Assembly (NCBI GenBank): GCA_012295275.1
Contig: CM022678.1
Location: 2,294,001 to 2,358,000, forward strand
Direction of reading: 5' to 3'
DNA length: 64,000 bases
Origin: Chrysomallon squamiferum
Lineage: Eukaryota > Animalia > Mollusca
Positions 1 through 14,640 of this stretch are shown in pieces. The notes beneath the pieces are model-generated. The model was not told the DNA's origin and did no database searches. It saw only the letters and a list, made by a program, of their open reading frames with translations. Within the stretch, counting starts at the first letter, position 1. Each line of letters opens with the position of its first letter. Both the position numbers and the translations under genes were made by a program.

Positions 1-1059
1 ATTAGTTTGTTTTGAGCGTATATTTCAATTCATTCTACTAAGTAATTGTATATATTTTCATCAAATTGTCAAGACAACGAGGTAATAAATACAGTGTACC
101 CGAAATAAATCTACCCCATGATCACAAGAGATTTGCGTCTTAGTGAAAGGATTAACAGTTATTTATAGATAATTATAAGTTGATGACAGGAGAAGAAATA
201 AATGTTAATATGAAAGCTTTCAATATAAAATGTATGAGTTAAGCTTTTTGTTTGCTTTGAGTGTCGTATTCAGTTTGGCAATAATTAATGTTAAGCCTGA
301 TGTTAGCTGCGAAATATAAATAAATAAGTTAAGAAAGAAAGAAGGAAAGAAAGATAGAAAGAAGGAAGCAAGGAAAGAAATAGAACTTAAATTATTTAGT
401 CATTTATAGATTAGATGACAAAAATATGAAATTTGTGTTTGTTTGTTTACCTACTTTCAAAATTAAGCATAATAGATTAGTTACGTGATTCTTTTCCATG
501 ATATAGGAAGAAAATTACAAAGTCACCTCAAAAAAGAAACACAAATAGAATGAAATGAAATAAACAAAAATGCAAAAAAAAAAAAACCAAAACCCAACTA
601 AATAATAAAAAAAATAAAAAAAATGAAATAATGAAATGTGAAATGTTGAGTTGGATGAAAGGCTATGAAATAAAATAGTGAGTTACTGTATTTTACTAAC
701 AGAGTGATAAATACAATTAAATAATTAAATAAACGATGTCTGCCCTGATTTCTATGACACGAAAATACAGTAGTCTTTTTTCCTCAGTGAAGAACATAAA
801 TCTTAATACCAATAATTATATATCTGAATGTGTGTGTGAGTGTGTCTGTCTGTGTGTTATTTTAAGCTACCTGTAATCTTACTATAAGAAAATGATATGC
901 TACTATACTGAATACTGCTCATATATTTTTGTGCAAGTATACGCACGAGTTTGACAAGTGTGTTATACTTAGAACTGATACAAAATGTGTTTACGTTGTC
1001 ACCAAGCAACCAGAGTAACACACTACATGGAAACCTGTGACGTGTCCTTTTCACAAAAA

Positions 1060-1295
1060 TATCACATGACGTGTCAAAGCAGACGATTCACAGAGCGTGG
1101 AGTTTGTGACAGTTCGTTACTGACAAGATTCGAGTTTTACATCGGTTTCGATTGACAGGTACGCAAACTTAAAGTATACTGTATTTAGTAGTGGCTGTTG
1201 ATTGTTTATTTAATAATTTTAAATTTATAAATTGTCGACAGTGATCCCGGACTATGACATCTGCAACTCGGCTTTCGTTTCAGTTTTCATTTAAA
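1060..1295 (+). promoter_or_regulatory. Paralogous promoter/first-exon module with an identical ISRE-like motif (1272-1292); no downstream coding exons recognised
   Basis: aatatcacatgacgtgtc...gacgattcacagagcg...ctgacaagattcgagttt...cag|gtacgc, then gctttcgtttcagttttcattt, colinear with 14460-14640. Confidence 0.5.
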
Positions 1296-1338
1296 AATAA
1301 TTATGAACTAATAAAATTACATTTCCTTTTTCATTCTT

Positions 1339-1373
<35 letters not shown>

Positions 1374-2423
1374 GATTTATAAAGCAACAAACATACGAAC
1401 AAAAAGTGTATTATCATCATCCCATTATATTTAATTTTGCGCTGTATTAACTGGCCGAAGTTTTAGAAACGGACAAAGATGGCACCGGTAATGGTTTAAA
1501 TTATCGAAAGAGGAATAAAATGTCTAAGGAATTATTGATTGTTTAAAAGAAAAAAAACTGAAATCAGTTGGTTTTGTGAAGTATTGATACAAATGTAAAT
1601 CAATATTTTCAAGAAGTTTCACAGGTTTTTTTGTTTTTGTTTTCGTTTCTGAGCGTGTTTGTTCCGTCTCTCTGCATTCTATAAGTAATGTGTATCTTGT
1701 TACATATGAATCCAGTAAAGATGATGAAGTAATACAAGGTCTGTGTATGTCAGATACAAATACGTTTATTACACCAGACATTTCAGTCATACCACGACTA
1801 TACGTAATCACTCACTATTTGTCTGTGTGTGTTTGCAATTTGATTAACTGTTCAGTATGGAGAATCTTCTCTTTAGAATTATTTTTGACTAGGAGTCAAT
1901 ATTAGTTTATTGTTAAATTTCTTGTTTTTATTAAATTAATTTTTATTTATTTTATTTTATTTTTTTATTAAATTACAAATTAAAATAAAGATAAACAGTA
2001 CGATATTAGTTGATTTGGTAAATGTTTGAGAACAAAGAGTTTATTATTAAAATTCAGTTTTCTCTGTCGTTACATTTTAAAATAAACAAGCTCACTGGTC
2101 AAGGTCACTGTTACTTTAAGGTAAGATCATTTTCACGAAATCTAGACACGTTCCACTTTAAAATAATTAACACGAGTTGTCGTCGACGTCGTCGTTGTTG
2201 TTGTTGTTGTTCTTATTATTACTATGACTACTGTTATTTTACTGTGAGTAGAACATGTATAGACAGAACGCACGTTAACCGTGTTCACGGTTGAGTTGTA
2301 AACAAGGAGAATTGAAACCTGTGCGGTTAATACAAAAGAATACAAAACGTCGTTTTATGGGTATTAAAGATACTATTACTAATACTGTCTAGTTTCGTCT
2401 AATAATAATAATAATAATAATAA

Positions 2424-2454
<31 letters not shown>

Positions 2455-3283
2455 AAGAAGAAGAAGAAAAAAAGATGAAAAGTGCAAATAAGAGAAGCTA
2501 ACAAACAAGCAATTTGTAAAAATAATAATGTGTACTTTTGTCAGTTGTGTTATCAAATAGTTGATGGATGAATAAAATGTTTATGAAATAACCGATTATT
2601 TGAAAATACAGAACTGAAATTAATTTGGTATCGTCAAATATTGATGCCGAAGTTGCAGAAAAGGAGGAATGATTATGACAAGCCATTGGCTTAAAAATAT
2701 TTAGAAATTTTAGTCACCGTTAATAAAGTAACAAGGTAATTTTTACATATTCTTTTATTATAATTATAATCTAATACTGAGCTGCAATTTAAAACTGCTA
2801 AAATTGATATTCCTTATTTCAGTTATATTTATTAAATAATTTCTTGTTATATTTATTAAATAATTTCTTGTTTTCATTAAACCATTTTATTCATTAAATT
2901 ATGTGATTAAGAAAATTAAATGAAAGATAACTACTACGATATCATCTGATCTGGTAAATGTTTGAGAATGAAAAGTTTATTATTAATACTCACTATTTTT
3001 CTGTCGATATATTTTAAACTAAATAATGTCACTGTTACTTTTTTTTGTCATGTAGAGACTAACTAGGAAAGAACAGACTGTATTGTTAAACAAGTGTGTA
3101 TTACTTTTATTATAGAAAATAAAATGTGCCCAATTTTAAAAATAAGTGTAATAATGGAGAATTCTTGTGTTCAACTGTGATTGTTAACTTTAAAAAAAAA
3201 AAGTTTTATCCTCTATGTATGTCATTGTTATGTTTAAATATTTCAAGTATGATATCGTACAGTGAGTCAGGTATGCCGAAGAT

Positions 3284-3342
<59 letters not shown>

Positions 3343-3858
3343 TAATAATACATGTTTTTATGTGGCAACTCATGTTTCAATTAGCAATACAAACGAAATT
3401 ACATTAAATACTCGCTACGTCAGACGTACAATAAAACGCTCAGTAACATTTACTTAATAACAGACTTTAAAACTATCATAGGCATAGCTAAATCAGCGAA
3501 CCGTGGAGAAATATCGTGATAGCGTCGAAAAAGAAATTCACAAAATCTGTTTATTAACTGAAATCATCGATAGGAAAAAGAAATGTAAATGATTCCGTTC
3601 TGGAAAAATTCATGTCGTGTTTATTATCGATTGGAAAAAAGAAGTATAAATAATTTCACTGTGGAAAGATTCCTGTCAAGTCTCTTCTAATTATCATGTT
3701 TTTTCAGTGTTTGAGAGTGTGTGGCTTATGTGCAGTACAGTCTATTAAAAAGAAAAGAAGCTATATTTTCTTCTGTTTCTTTCTTTCTTTTTTAAAGTAT
3801 AAAACTGGTCAATATTATGAATATAAATTCAGTGTGGCTCCACTCTTATAATGCGAAA

Positions 3859-3918
<60 letters not shown>

Positions 3919-3978
3919 GACTTATTTCCCTTATATTTTCTCGTTCTGTATGTCTGTTTCTCTCTCCCACTTTGGAAA

Positions 3979-4016
<38 letters not shown>

Positions 4017-5037
4017 ATTTTAATTTGTATATAGAGACATGCATCCAATAAAGATGACAAAATACTGCTTACCCAAACACCTGTGTCTGTGTAAAACTGA
4101 TAAAAACACTTTTTTAGTGCAGTCATATTACTTGTACCATGAGAGAGAAGTTGTCAGATAATCACACACACACACACGCACACACACAAACATACACACA
4201 AACACACATATCAGCCTTACTCTTGTAATCCTAAATAACACAAAAATTAAAAGTAATTAACTGTTTTCTTTCTCAGTGACCGCTCTCGAGAGTAAAACCT
4301 TCACTCATGTTTATTTTGTTGTTGTTCTACATTTTTAAAATAATTATATAAAACTATTTTAAGACCAAAACCAGCATTTAAATATGAAAGAAGTAACTGA
4401 GTAATAAGTATGTATGTACGTATGTATATGTGTGTGTATGAATGTATGTATGTATGTATGGATTGTGTGTGTGTGTGTGTGTGTTTTACTGTGTTTGAAT
4501 TTGTACCGATTAACCAGTTATTTTTCTTTTCTTTTCTTTTGTGAAAGATAATTTCAATAATAAACAGAAATTTTATTTGAAACAAATATAGGCATATGAC
4601 TAAACGAAAAACGTATCATTATATTTGATATTAACTGTTTGTATCAGATACAGAGAAATAGAGGTGACTTTTGAAGTCAGTGTAAGGTACGTTTAGTAAA
4701 TGTTGAAAATTGTTATAAAAGTATAATAATTTACAAACAACAACCACAGTGATAAATGTTTTTTATTTTTTTATTTTAGTTTTTAAGTTTTTTTAATCTG
4801 TCTTCTACTGGAACATTGTAGTTATAATATTTTACATCTTATCTAACAGTCATGTTTCCCTTCTTTTATTACACTGAAGTGTGCATGTGTGTGTGCGTGT
4901 GTGTGTGTGTGTGTGCGTGTGTTACCTCTTGGTGATAGGTATATTATTAAAAAGTATATTTTAAAACTGTCTTGTTCTTCTTATTATTATTACTATTAAT
5001 TTAATTTTTTTTTTTTTTTTTTTTTTTTTAATTTTAT

Positions 5038-5076
<39 letters not shown>

Positions 5077-5418
5077 ATATAATATCTGTATATACATGAA
5101 AACAGATTCTAGGTTAATCATGTCCATGATTGAGTGGTAAACAAGGACAATTTGAAATTTGTGTAGTTACACTCATTGTTAGAAAATACAAAAATGTCGT
5201 TACAGGGGCATTGAAGATTATTTTACTGATACTGCCTAGTTTTATCTGTCAAACAGCATTTCAGATTTCAAAGTTTAATGTCCGCTACATTTCAGTACTA
5301 TTATTATTATTATTATTAATATTATTATTATTATTATTATTAATATTATTATTATTATTATTAATATTATTATTATTATTATTATTAATATTATTATTAA
5401 TATTATTAATATTATTAA

Positions 5419-5469
<51 letters not shown>

Positions 5470-6189
5470 GTGTGTGCGTATGTATGTATGCCTGTATGTA
5501 TGTATGTTTGTGTGTGGGGTTGTATATATGTATATACAAAAACTAGCTCGAATTTGTTGGACATTAGCACATCAACTTTCTCATTACCTAGTTAAATAGA
5601 TACTCAGAATTCTTAAACCTGAACGAAGTCAGTAAATTTAAATGATTAATTCGACAGTCTGGCGTGAGCACGATATTATTGTTCATTGTACGTCGTTGGT
5701 AACCCCGCTATCCCTATGTTCTGCTCATCTCTTTGTATACAAATCAGTTCTAATTTGTGTTAACGTTCAAGTGTGTTACGCGATACTCAAATAAACAGGA
5801 AATCTCGAACTGTTACCTCAAAGATAACAACAAACTGTGTGGCTTGTAAAAATTCTTTATTAAATGCTGAAGCCAAAACTCAAACCAAATTGTCAAGTTT
5901 TGGGCTTTTGGGAGAGAAACCATAGAGAGGGAAATTTGAAGTCACCTAGAAAAGAAATCACGCAATGTCGCCTGTGCATATTGTGTCAAATGAGTGACAT
6001 TGTCGACAGACCACCAAGTGAATTAAATACAGCTGCCCAGTCCAGATGTGAATGATTAGTTACATGTATTGAAACCAATAAAAATAATCGACATGGGTAC
6101 AGAACTGTACTTAGACGTACGTCGTCAAAACGAGGAGATATTCGCGTGTTAGTCCTGTAACTGTTATTAATGTTGCACGCAGAAACACA

Positions 6190-6229
<40 letters not shown>

Positions 6230-6481
6230 ATGTAGCACAACAATAATTAAAATATAGAATTGTTTGTGAGTGAGAATTGGTGTTTATGTTTTTATTGTTG
6301 TTGCTTTTTTTAGGTTTTTTTGACAAATTTTATTTTCGTTGTTATCTGATTTATTTATTTTTCTTTTACGTGTATGACTTTGGTTTTTGTTTTTCTTTGT
6401 AAAAGCAAAAACAAAAACAAACAACAACAACAACAACAACAAACAAACGCGCAGAGACGACTGTGAAGTAATACACTAGAG

Positions 6482-6728
6482 CAGTCATGGGCAACCTTTT
6501 TCGAGATGCGGACCACACGAGACATGACTCATACTCAGGCGGGCCGCAGTACTAATTTAGACGATTTTTTGTTTTTACGTAAAGTTTTCATTTACTTCAG
6601 GAACTGTTATAGTAAAACAATTACATGTGTTTTAGTATATAGGTAGATACATAATAGACTCATTTTATAAAGTTGAATTAACGTTATTTTCCTTGTGAAA
6701 TTGGTAGGCCGCAGTGTGCCCATGACTG
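6482..6728. mobile_element. hAT (Charlie-like) MITE, 247 bp
   Basis: TIRs CAGTCATGGGCA / TGCCCATGACTG; 8-bp TSD cactagag (6474-6481) / ctctagag (6729-6736), matching the NTCTAGAN target preference. Confidence 0.88.
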
Positions 6729-7987
6729 CTCTAGAGAACCAGGAAAGAAAAGTATTATTTGTATTAAATTATTTATTTATTTATTTTTATTCTTTTTCCC
6801 ACAATGTTCTGTTTCTCTGTTAAATTGATCAGTCATGTAGAATGCAAGCTGCAGATACTTTCATTATTCAAAAAGCATTTTGTTTCTTCAGCTGATGTTT
6901 ATTTGATGTGATACAAAGAATGTTTATCACCACAGATATCAGTACTGATAAAGAATTTAAGTACTATTGCGGGAAATTAATTAAATAATTGTTGAAGAAA
7001 ATACTAATTTTTTAATTATTATTAATGAGTTATTTACTTTATATTGTCTTGTTTCTGTAAGTCCTTGTTCCTTCTCTCTGCATTCTAAATAGTTACATCC
7101 AGTAAAGATGATAAAGTAATGTGCATGTCTGATACAAATAATTTTATTACACCAGTTAATTCAGACCTGACACTACTATACTTAATGAGTATAGTAGCGA
7201 CTTTGATTTTATATATATATGACGTTGTCAAAACAACCTTATTAATACATATTTCTGTATTGACAAGTTATAACATCAAAATAGCTAACATACTCAATAT
7301 AGCAATAAAACTGGTTACTGCCTTTAGATGTCTGATTTAGCCTCCAAAGATAAGAATGCTGAACTGCACAGAGTCATTCGATATGTTAGGACAATAACCA
7401 GTTTATCCTCTTTTTTTTTGCAATCCTGAATATCGCCAAAAAATAAAATAAAAAATTGTTGCTGTAAATGAAGAACAATGTAGTTTTTAAGTAACTTCAA
7501 TTTATAGCTTTTTTAAATGAAAACAATTTTTGCATCTTTTGTTTTCTTTTTTAAACTTTGAACAAATAACTGGACAATATATATAAGTGTTTATATATGC
7601 ACGTATTTGTTCGTGTTTGTCTGTGTGTCTGTACCCGATATAAATGGATTGCAATGATCACGAGAAATTTTAGTATTAATCAGATGAGGTTAAAGTAATT
7701 TATAGATAACTGCAATTTGACGAAGGAAGAAAAAAAGATAATTAAAGAAACAGAAACAACTTGCATTTACCTGTCACAGAGATAAGATAATAGAAATTAT
7801 TTATCTGTTTATTTATTTATTATTTATTTATTATTATCATTTTTTAATAACTTTCAAGATTAACATGAGATATCTGGATGCTAGTGAAGTGAGATTTATT
7901 CAGATATTGAAACATAAAATTATAACAGGACAAAAAAAAAAAAAAAAAAAAAAAAAAACGATAAAAAGTTGGAAAAATAATGTAAAA

Positions 7988-8018
<31 letters not shown>

Positions 8019-8454
8019 AAATACATAAATGTGAAACGTATAATTGAATGAAACAACAAAAACAAAATATGTTTACGAGTTAGTGTACTCAAGAGGGCTG
8101 AATGAAGGTTGAACGTTGTGTGACTGAGAAATCAAATTGAATAATTAAACACAAAAATGTCTGCCCTAAATTCTCAACACTGAAACAGAGTAGTCTTCCT
8201 TGCTGGATGTACAACATAAATCTCAATAACAATAATAATTGTGTGTGTGTGTGTGTGTTATGTTAAGCTATATATCAGCTTATTATAAGAAAATGTTACA
8301 TAGCTGGCACTTGTATATGGCTCATATCTTTCTGAGCCAGTATAAGAAACAGTTTGACAAGCTTGTTATACTTAGAACTGATGTGAAAAGTGTTTCTATT
8401 GCAATGAAAGCCACCAGACAGACACACTACGTGCAAACGTGTAACGTGTCATCT

Positions 8455-8735
8455 TACAGGAATATCCGCCTAACCTGACGATTCACAGAACGAGCAGACG
8501 GCGTAGAATTTGTGTCAGTTCTTTACTTGACAAGATTCCGGTTTTACTTTGGATCCATACGTAGGGAAACCTTATAGTACACTGCTATATAGTAGTGACT
8601 ATTGATTGTTTATTTATTTCACAGTATAAAATCAAGTATTTCATTTTATTTTATTTTATTTTATTTTTATTTTTACGGCGAGCCTGGACTCTAGCATCAG
8701 AAATTCGACTCACGTTTGCATTTGTATTTAAAAAT
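8455..8735 (+). promoter_or_regulatory. Degenerate third copy of the promoter/first-exon module
   Basis: gacgattcacagaacgagcagacggcgtagaatttgtgtcagtt...gacaagattccggtttt; the ISRE-like part has decayed (ctcacgtttgcatttgtattt). Confidence 0.42.
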
Positions 8736-9613
8736 AATACATCAACAATGATGAACTAATAACACTACATTATAGATAAATAAATAATAGTTTTTTAAAT
8801 TATTATTATTATTTTTAATATATCTTTTTCATCGAATAATAAAAAGTCAAAATGTTTAAAAAAGGTAAAACAATAATAAAAAAAAATAATAATAATAATA
8901 ATAATATTTGTAAAACAATAAATAAAAAAAAAATATTGAAAATAAAAAAAAAAAAAAAAAAAAATAATAAAAAGTCAAAAATAATAATGATAATAAAACT
9001 AAAAAAACAAAAAAAAAAATATTTAAAAAGGTAAAACATATATGATAAAAAATACAGATTTATGATAAGTTTTTGGTTAAATATATTTTCAAGGTTTAGT
9101 CACCATTAATAAAGTAACAGGTTAATTTCTCTATTGGTACATTAACAATCTAACATTGAGCTGTAATTTTAAATGGCTAAATGGATATTCCTTATTTCAG
9201 CAATACTGATTCGTTGATATTGTTCTTGTTTTTGTCGTTTGTTTTCTGTTGTTGTGTTTTGTTTTAGGAATTTTTATTATTTGTAAACTATCTTGTATGG
9301 AATTTCTTCTCGTTAAAATTATTTTTGAAAAGGGTCATGGAAAATTCAAGTAATTTATTGTTAAATTTATTGTTTTCATTATTTCCTTGGTTTTTGTCTT
9401 TAGTTTTCTGTTGTGTTTTTGGAACTTTTATTTTTGTGTATAATCCGAGATAATACAAAAATTAATTGTAGCGGTTTTCTTTATCAACTCACTCCTCTTG
9501 AGAGTAACATCTTCATGCGTGTTGATTTTGTTGTCGCTATACATCTATTTTAGAAATGAAAACTTTTTAAAGACTAAACCAGTAGTTAAATATCAAAGGC
9601 GTAACTAAACAAT

Positions 9614-9690
9614 ATGTATGTGTGTGTGTATGTATGTATGTATGTATGTATGTATGTATGTATGTATGTATGTATGTATGTATGTATGTA

Positions 9691-9725
<35 letters not shown>

Positions 9726-9734
9726 ATGTATGTA

Positions 9735-9769
<35 letters not shown>

Positions 9770-9782
9770 ATGTATGTATGTA

Positions 9783-9817
<35 letters not shown>

Positions 9818-9850
9818 ATGTATGTATGTATGTGTGTGTGTGTGTATGTA

Positions 9851-9887
<37 letters not shown>

Positions 9888-9900
9888 ATGTATGTATGTA

Positions 9901-9935
<35 letters not shown>

Positions 9936-9943
9936 ATGTATGT

Positions 9944-9983
<40 letters not shown>

Positions 9984-9988
9984 ATGTA
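9614..9988. repeat. Compound (TATG)n/(TG)n microsatellite
   Basis: Directly visible; source of the spurious MYVC ORFs. Many other (ATT)n, (TA)n, (CT)n, (GT)n and (ACT)n tracts occur through the window. Confidence 0.97.
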
Positions 9989-11174
9989 TTATTATCGTTT
10001 TATTTCTCTTATATTATTTTTGTTTCTGTAACTCTGTTCCCAGTCTACATTCTATAAGTACATGCATTTTAATTTCTATATAATTACATATGATCCACTA
10101 AACATGATAAAATAATTCAAGGTCTGTACATGTCTGATTCAAATAACTTTATTATATTAGTCGTTTCAGACTATACTTAATCACTGACCATATGTATATA
10201 TATATGTCTAATCGTTTTGTCTGTTCAGTATAGTGTATCTTTTCATTGAAATTATTTTTGAAAAAGAAGAAGAAAAAGAAACAAAGAAACGGTGTCCAGG
10301 TATAAATACTGTTGATGAACGAGCAGTTTGTAAAAATATTAATGTACACTTTGTTCAGTTATCTTATAAAATAGCCGAGGGAGGAATGAAATGTGTAAGG
10401 AATAATAATTATTTGAAAATACAAAACTGAAATTAACTGGTTTCGTCAAATAATGATGCCGATGTAATTCAGTTTCTTTGGGCAAGTTACAAAAAAGAAA
10501 AAGAAAATTTAGAAAATTTATGATGAGCTAATGGTTAGGAATATAAACAAGTTTTAGTCACCGTTAATAAAGCAACAGATTAATTTCTGTATTTGTACAA
10601 TAATAATCTAATAGAGAGTTGTGATTTAAAATGGCTAAAATGGACATTCTTTATTACAATTAGATTGATTAATTGATAATGTTCTTGTTCTAATTTTTGT
10701 TTGTTTTTGTTGTGTTTTGTTTTTGGAATTGTTGTTATTATTTTAAAAATATTTAATGTGGAGTATCTTCTCGTTATTTTTTGACAAGGGTCATTCAAGA
10801 TTCATATCAGTTTAGTGTTAGTGTTCTTTTTTTATTAATGAAATTATTTTTAAATTATAATAGTATGATGACAATTGATTTGGTAAATGCTTGAGAATGA
10901 AAGGTTTATCATTAATAATAAGTTTTTTCTCTCTTTAAATTAGGTCAACGTCACTGTCACATAATTTTGTCTCGTACACAATTGTTTATTATTTTAATTT
11001 TAGAAAATCAAATTTGGCTAGTTTGAAAAATAATTGATTTAATGGAGAAATTTTGTTTTCAAATGTTTGTTATTAAGTTGTTTTTTTAATAGTTTATTAT
11101 GTGAGTATATTACTGTCGTCTTTAGAGTAAGTCTAGTATTCCGAAGATGCGAATAATAATAATAATAATAATAA

Positions 11175-11206
<32 letters not shown>

Positions 11207-12004
11207 ATAGTAGTAGTAGTAAATGGTACTATGTAAAAAGACATACTTCACATCTGAGACTTTCTACAACTGGAACAGCACACTTTAATTACCAACACAT
11301 GCTCAAACACAATACATTACCTACTCTCACTAACATTTAGTCAACAACAAACGTTAAAACTATCACAGACGTAGGCAAAGCAGACATCAGTGGATGACGT
11401 CTTCATTGCCTTGAAGAAGAAACTGACAAACTTCCTCTTCATCAAATGAAATTATCGGTAGCAAAAGGAAATATGAATGATTCTGTTGTGAAAAGATTTG
11501 TGTTCTGTCCCTTCTAATTATCATTTTGCAGTTGTCTGAGAGTATGTGGCTTGTGTGCTGTATAGTTTATTACAAAGAAAGCGTTTATTTTGTTTTCTTA
11601 AATTATGAATTTATCTAGTAACGTATGGAAAACGTCTGTTTTGTTTTCATTTTTGCAATAGTCGCTAAAATTTACTCAACAATATACACTAAAATTATGA
11701 CAGGCGTAGCCAAATCATTTGTGGTGAAAATCTTCATTAGACTTGAGAAGAAATAAATAAAATTCCTGTTTATTAATAGAAATTGTCAACAGCAAAAGGA
11801 AATATAAATATTTCCGTTGTGGAAAGATTCGTGTCATGCCTTTTGTAATGATCAGATTTCCAGTGTTTGAGACTGTGTGGTTTATGTGGTATATAGTGTC
11901 TATCAAAGTAAGTTTTATTTTATTTTTATTTTTTTTTTAAACTGGTAGCAATACTGTAAACATAAATTCGGTGGAGCTTGACTGTTATTGTACTATGAAG
12001 AAAA

Positions 12005-12078
<74 letters not shown>

Positions 12079-13789
12079 CGAGGTATTTATTCTTATTTTT
12101 TCCCCATTCCACCTTCCAATTTGGAGTGTGTGTGTGTGTTCTAATTAGTGTATAGAAATAAACATCTGAACTAGAACGAACTGCAGTTAGAAATACTCAG
12201 ACTAGATTAAAATCTGCCTGTTAGTCTCATGACTCTTACTGAGATTATAGGGAAAAAATTAAGACGGCATAAAAAGATTAAAAAAACTAAAACGTACCAT
12301 AACATAACATAAAATAAAATAAAAGAGTTTAAAGAAATAAATTTTTTAATAATAAAACAGTGTTTAGGATTATTAATGTATTTATGCAGTAACGCAGTTA
12401 AGAGTGGAAATGCATATTAACTGTAATGTGAGCTGTGAAAAGAAATGAAACAACTAAATAAAGAGTGTCTGCCTTTCCTTTGTGTGTGTCTGTTTGTGTG
12501 TGTCCGTAAAGATTAATCAGTTATTTATTTTTCTCTTTTCCTTTATGAAAGATAATTTCAGCTAATAAACAGGAATTGTATTTGAAACAAATATACATAA
12601 ACATATATACATACATATATATATATATATAAAACATGCTGTCAAACATGCTGTAGCATGATATATATATATCTATATATATATAGATGTTTGTGTGTTG
12701 TGTGTGTTTGTGTGTGTGTTATACACACAGATAGATATTATGAAGGTCATGCTTTTAATCATTACATAACATAGTAAATATAAAATAACTGACATTCAAT
12801 GGCTAGCTTCAATAATGATCTTGTTTACTGGAACTAAATAAGTCAAACAAGATAACAGCAATAAAAAAAAATTAGAAAGAAAACAGTATAGAGCAAAGAG
12901 TAATTAGTATGTATTTTGTTTTCGTTTGTTTCGTTTCTTTTATATAATATGTAGTTCTCTGGAATATTCTCGAGGAATGATTACATGTCTTTTCAGATTT
13001 ACTCATTTGTTCTATATTTAGAAACGCTTTTACACAGTAGAATTAAATCCTTTATCATCCAGCAAAGAAGTCATTGATTTTAAAGCACTCGATTTTGAGC
13101 TGAAAGGAGGTATTACAATTTATTATTGTTGTTTTTTTAAATGTTTGTGATTTCTTGTTTTTACTTTAATGTAATTTAAAGACATCAACACTTGTTGGCA
13201 GACAAATTATTTCGTAGCAGATTTGTATTTATTTATTTATTATTATTTTAATAGAGTTGTTCCTAATAAGAACAAAGATAATGACAACAAATTTAATATG
13301 TGTAAAATGAAGAGGCGCCTGCGAAGAGCTAGAGTCGGCAAATATTTCATAGCAGTGTAATTGTCAAACTTTGTTTTACGTAATGACAGGTTGCGGTAAA
13401 CAAAGTGCCACGGTGTCTAATACCTACAATGTAGGTCGTCCTGTCTAAATGACTAAACGGTGTCCACTAGAGAACAATAATACAAACAAGAATTCAAAAT
13501 GGCTAATTGTTTCATATGTGTAGACAGTTAATTTATATGAAATATATATATATATATAAATTATATATATTTCATATAAATTCATATATATTATCTATCA
13601 ACGCTATTTGCTTTTATATTGTATCGTTCGATTTGTACGATTAAATCATAAAATTAACCATAGATAGATAGATAGATAAATAGACTGATAAATAGGTGAA
13701 AAAAAACAACTTGAATAAAAATAAAGAAAAAAGAAAAAAAGAAGTAGCACATATTTCTTCTTGACGACGGTAGACACAAATAATGTGTG

Positions 13790-14183
13790 TGAATAATGTA
13801 TCTGCCAATTGTCCACGGTTCCATCAGATATCACGTCCGCACCAATCAAGATGAGGCATTCTGCGACGGACAAGTAGCTGTGGTCGGACATTGCAAATCT
13901 CGGTCTCGCAGACGACTCCTAATGGTCCCGTCAGACACAGTGTTGCCTGTAGCAGCTCTGGGTTGATCACAAATTGTACGTGCGGGAACAGAATGCTGTC
14001 GCAACGCCGTTATCATCAGGAAACAGTCTTCTCGTTTTGTTGTTGATCGTAGTCGTCCACAGTCTTTCGATAAACACTTTGGCTTACATTTAGACGGTGA
14101 GCCACAGATCTTTGAGTGTGTCTGTCTTGTAGCCAGCCAACGACTCTTCTCCTGTCTTGCAAACTGAATTGTTGTCGAACCAT
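13790..14183 (-). mobile_element. Degenerate Tc1/mariner transposase N-terminal (paired HTH) fragment
   Basis: MVRQQFSLQDRRRVVGWLQDRHTQRSVAHRLNVSQSV..., then TALRQHSVPARTICDQPRAATGNTVSDGTIRSRLRD; frameshifted; no DDE domain visible. Confidence 0.8.
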
Positions 14184-14459
14184 CTTCAAATTTAAAGTGA
14201 TGATGAAAGCAAAATGCTGATCCCGTTTAGAACTAAAATTTGTCTGCACTGAATGACACTCATGCTAAGCACGTGCAAATAGTTCAAGAGCTGTCACACT
14301 GCGAGTAACGAGGCACGTTGTCAGCTGAGTCTGACCATATTTTTGGTTCACATCCACGAAAATAAAATCTGGGTGAATTTAAAAGCTTTGAAAAGATTAT
14401 GGGAGCGATTGAATTACCCTTAATAATGCAATGTCTTTAGTCGAAAGGTAGTCTTAGAA

Positions 14460-14640
14460 AAATATCACCTGACGTGTCTAAACAAACGATTCACAGAGCG
14501 AGCAGACGACGTGGAGTTTGTGTCAATTCGTTAGCTGACAAGATTCGAGTTTCACTTCGATTTCAAATACAGGTAGGCAAACCTTACACTACATTCCGGT
14601 CCGACATCCGAAACTTGGCTTTCGTTTCAGTTTTCATTTA
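14460..14640 (+). promoter_or_regulatory. Putative promoter / non-coding first exon of the STAND-ANK gene, with a CRE-like TGACGT, a donor at 14572/14573 and an ISRE/IRF-E-like element (14619-14639)
   Basis: CpG-containing module conserved in several copies; cag|gtaggc donor; CTTTCGTTTCAGTTTTCATTT reads as tandem GAAA repeats (AAATGAAAACTGAAACGAAAG) on the minus strand. Confidence 0.5.

Noticed and set aside
9614-10083. Cys/Val/Tyr-rich, poly-I, poly-L, poly-Y, poly-N and poly-S ORFs throughout the track
   Set aside because: Translations of microsatellites.
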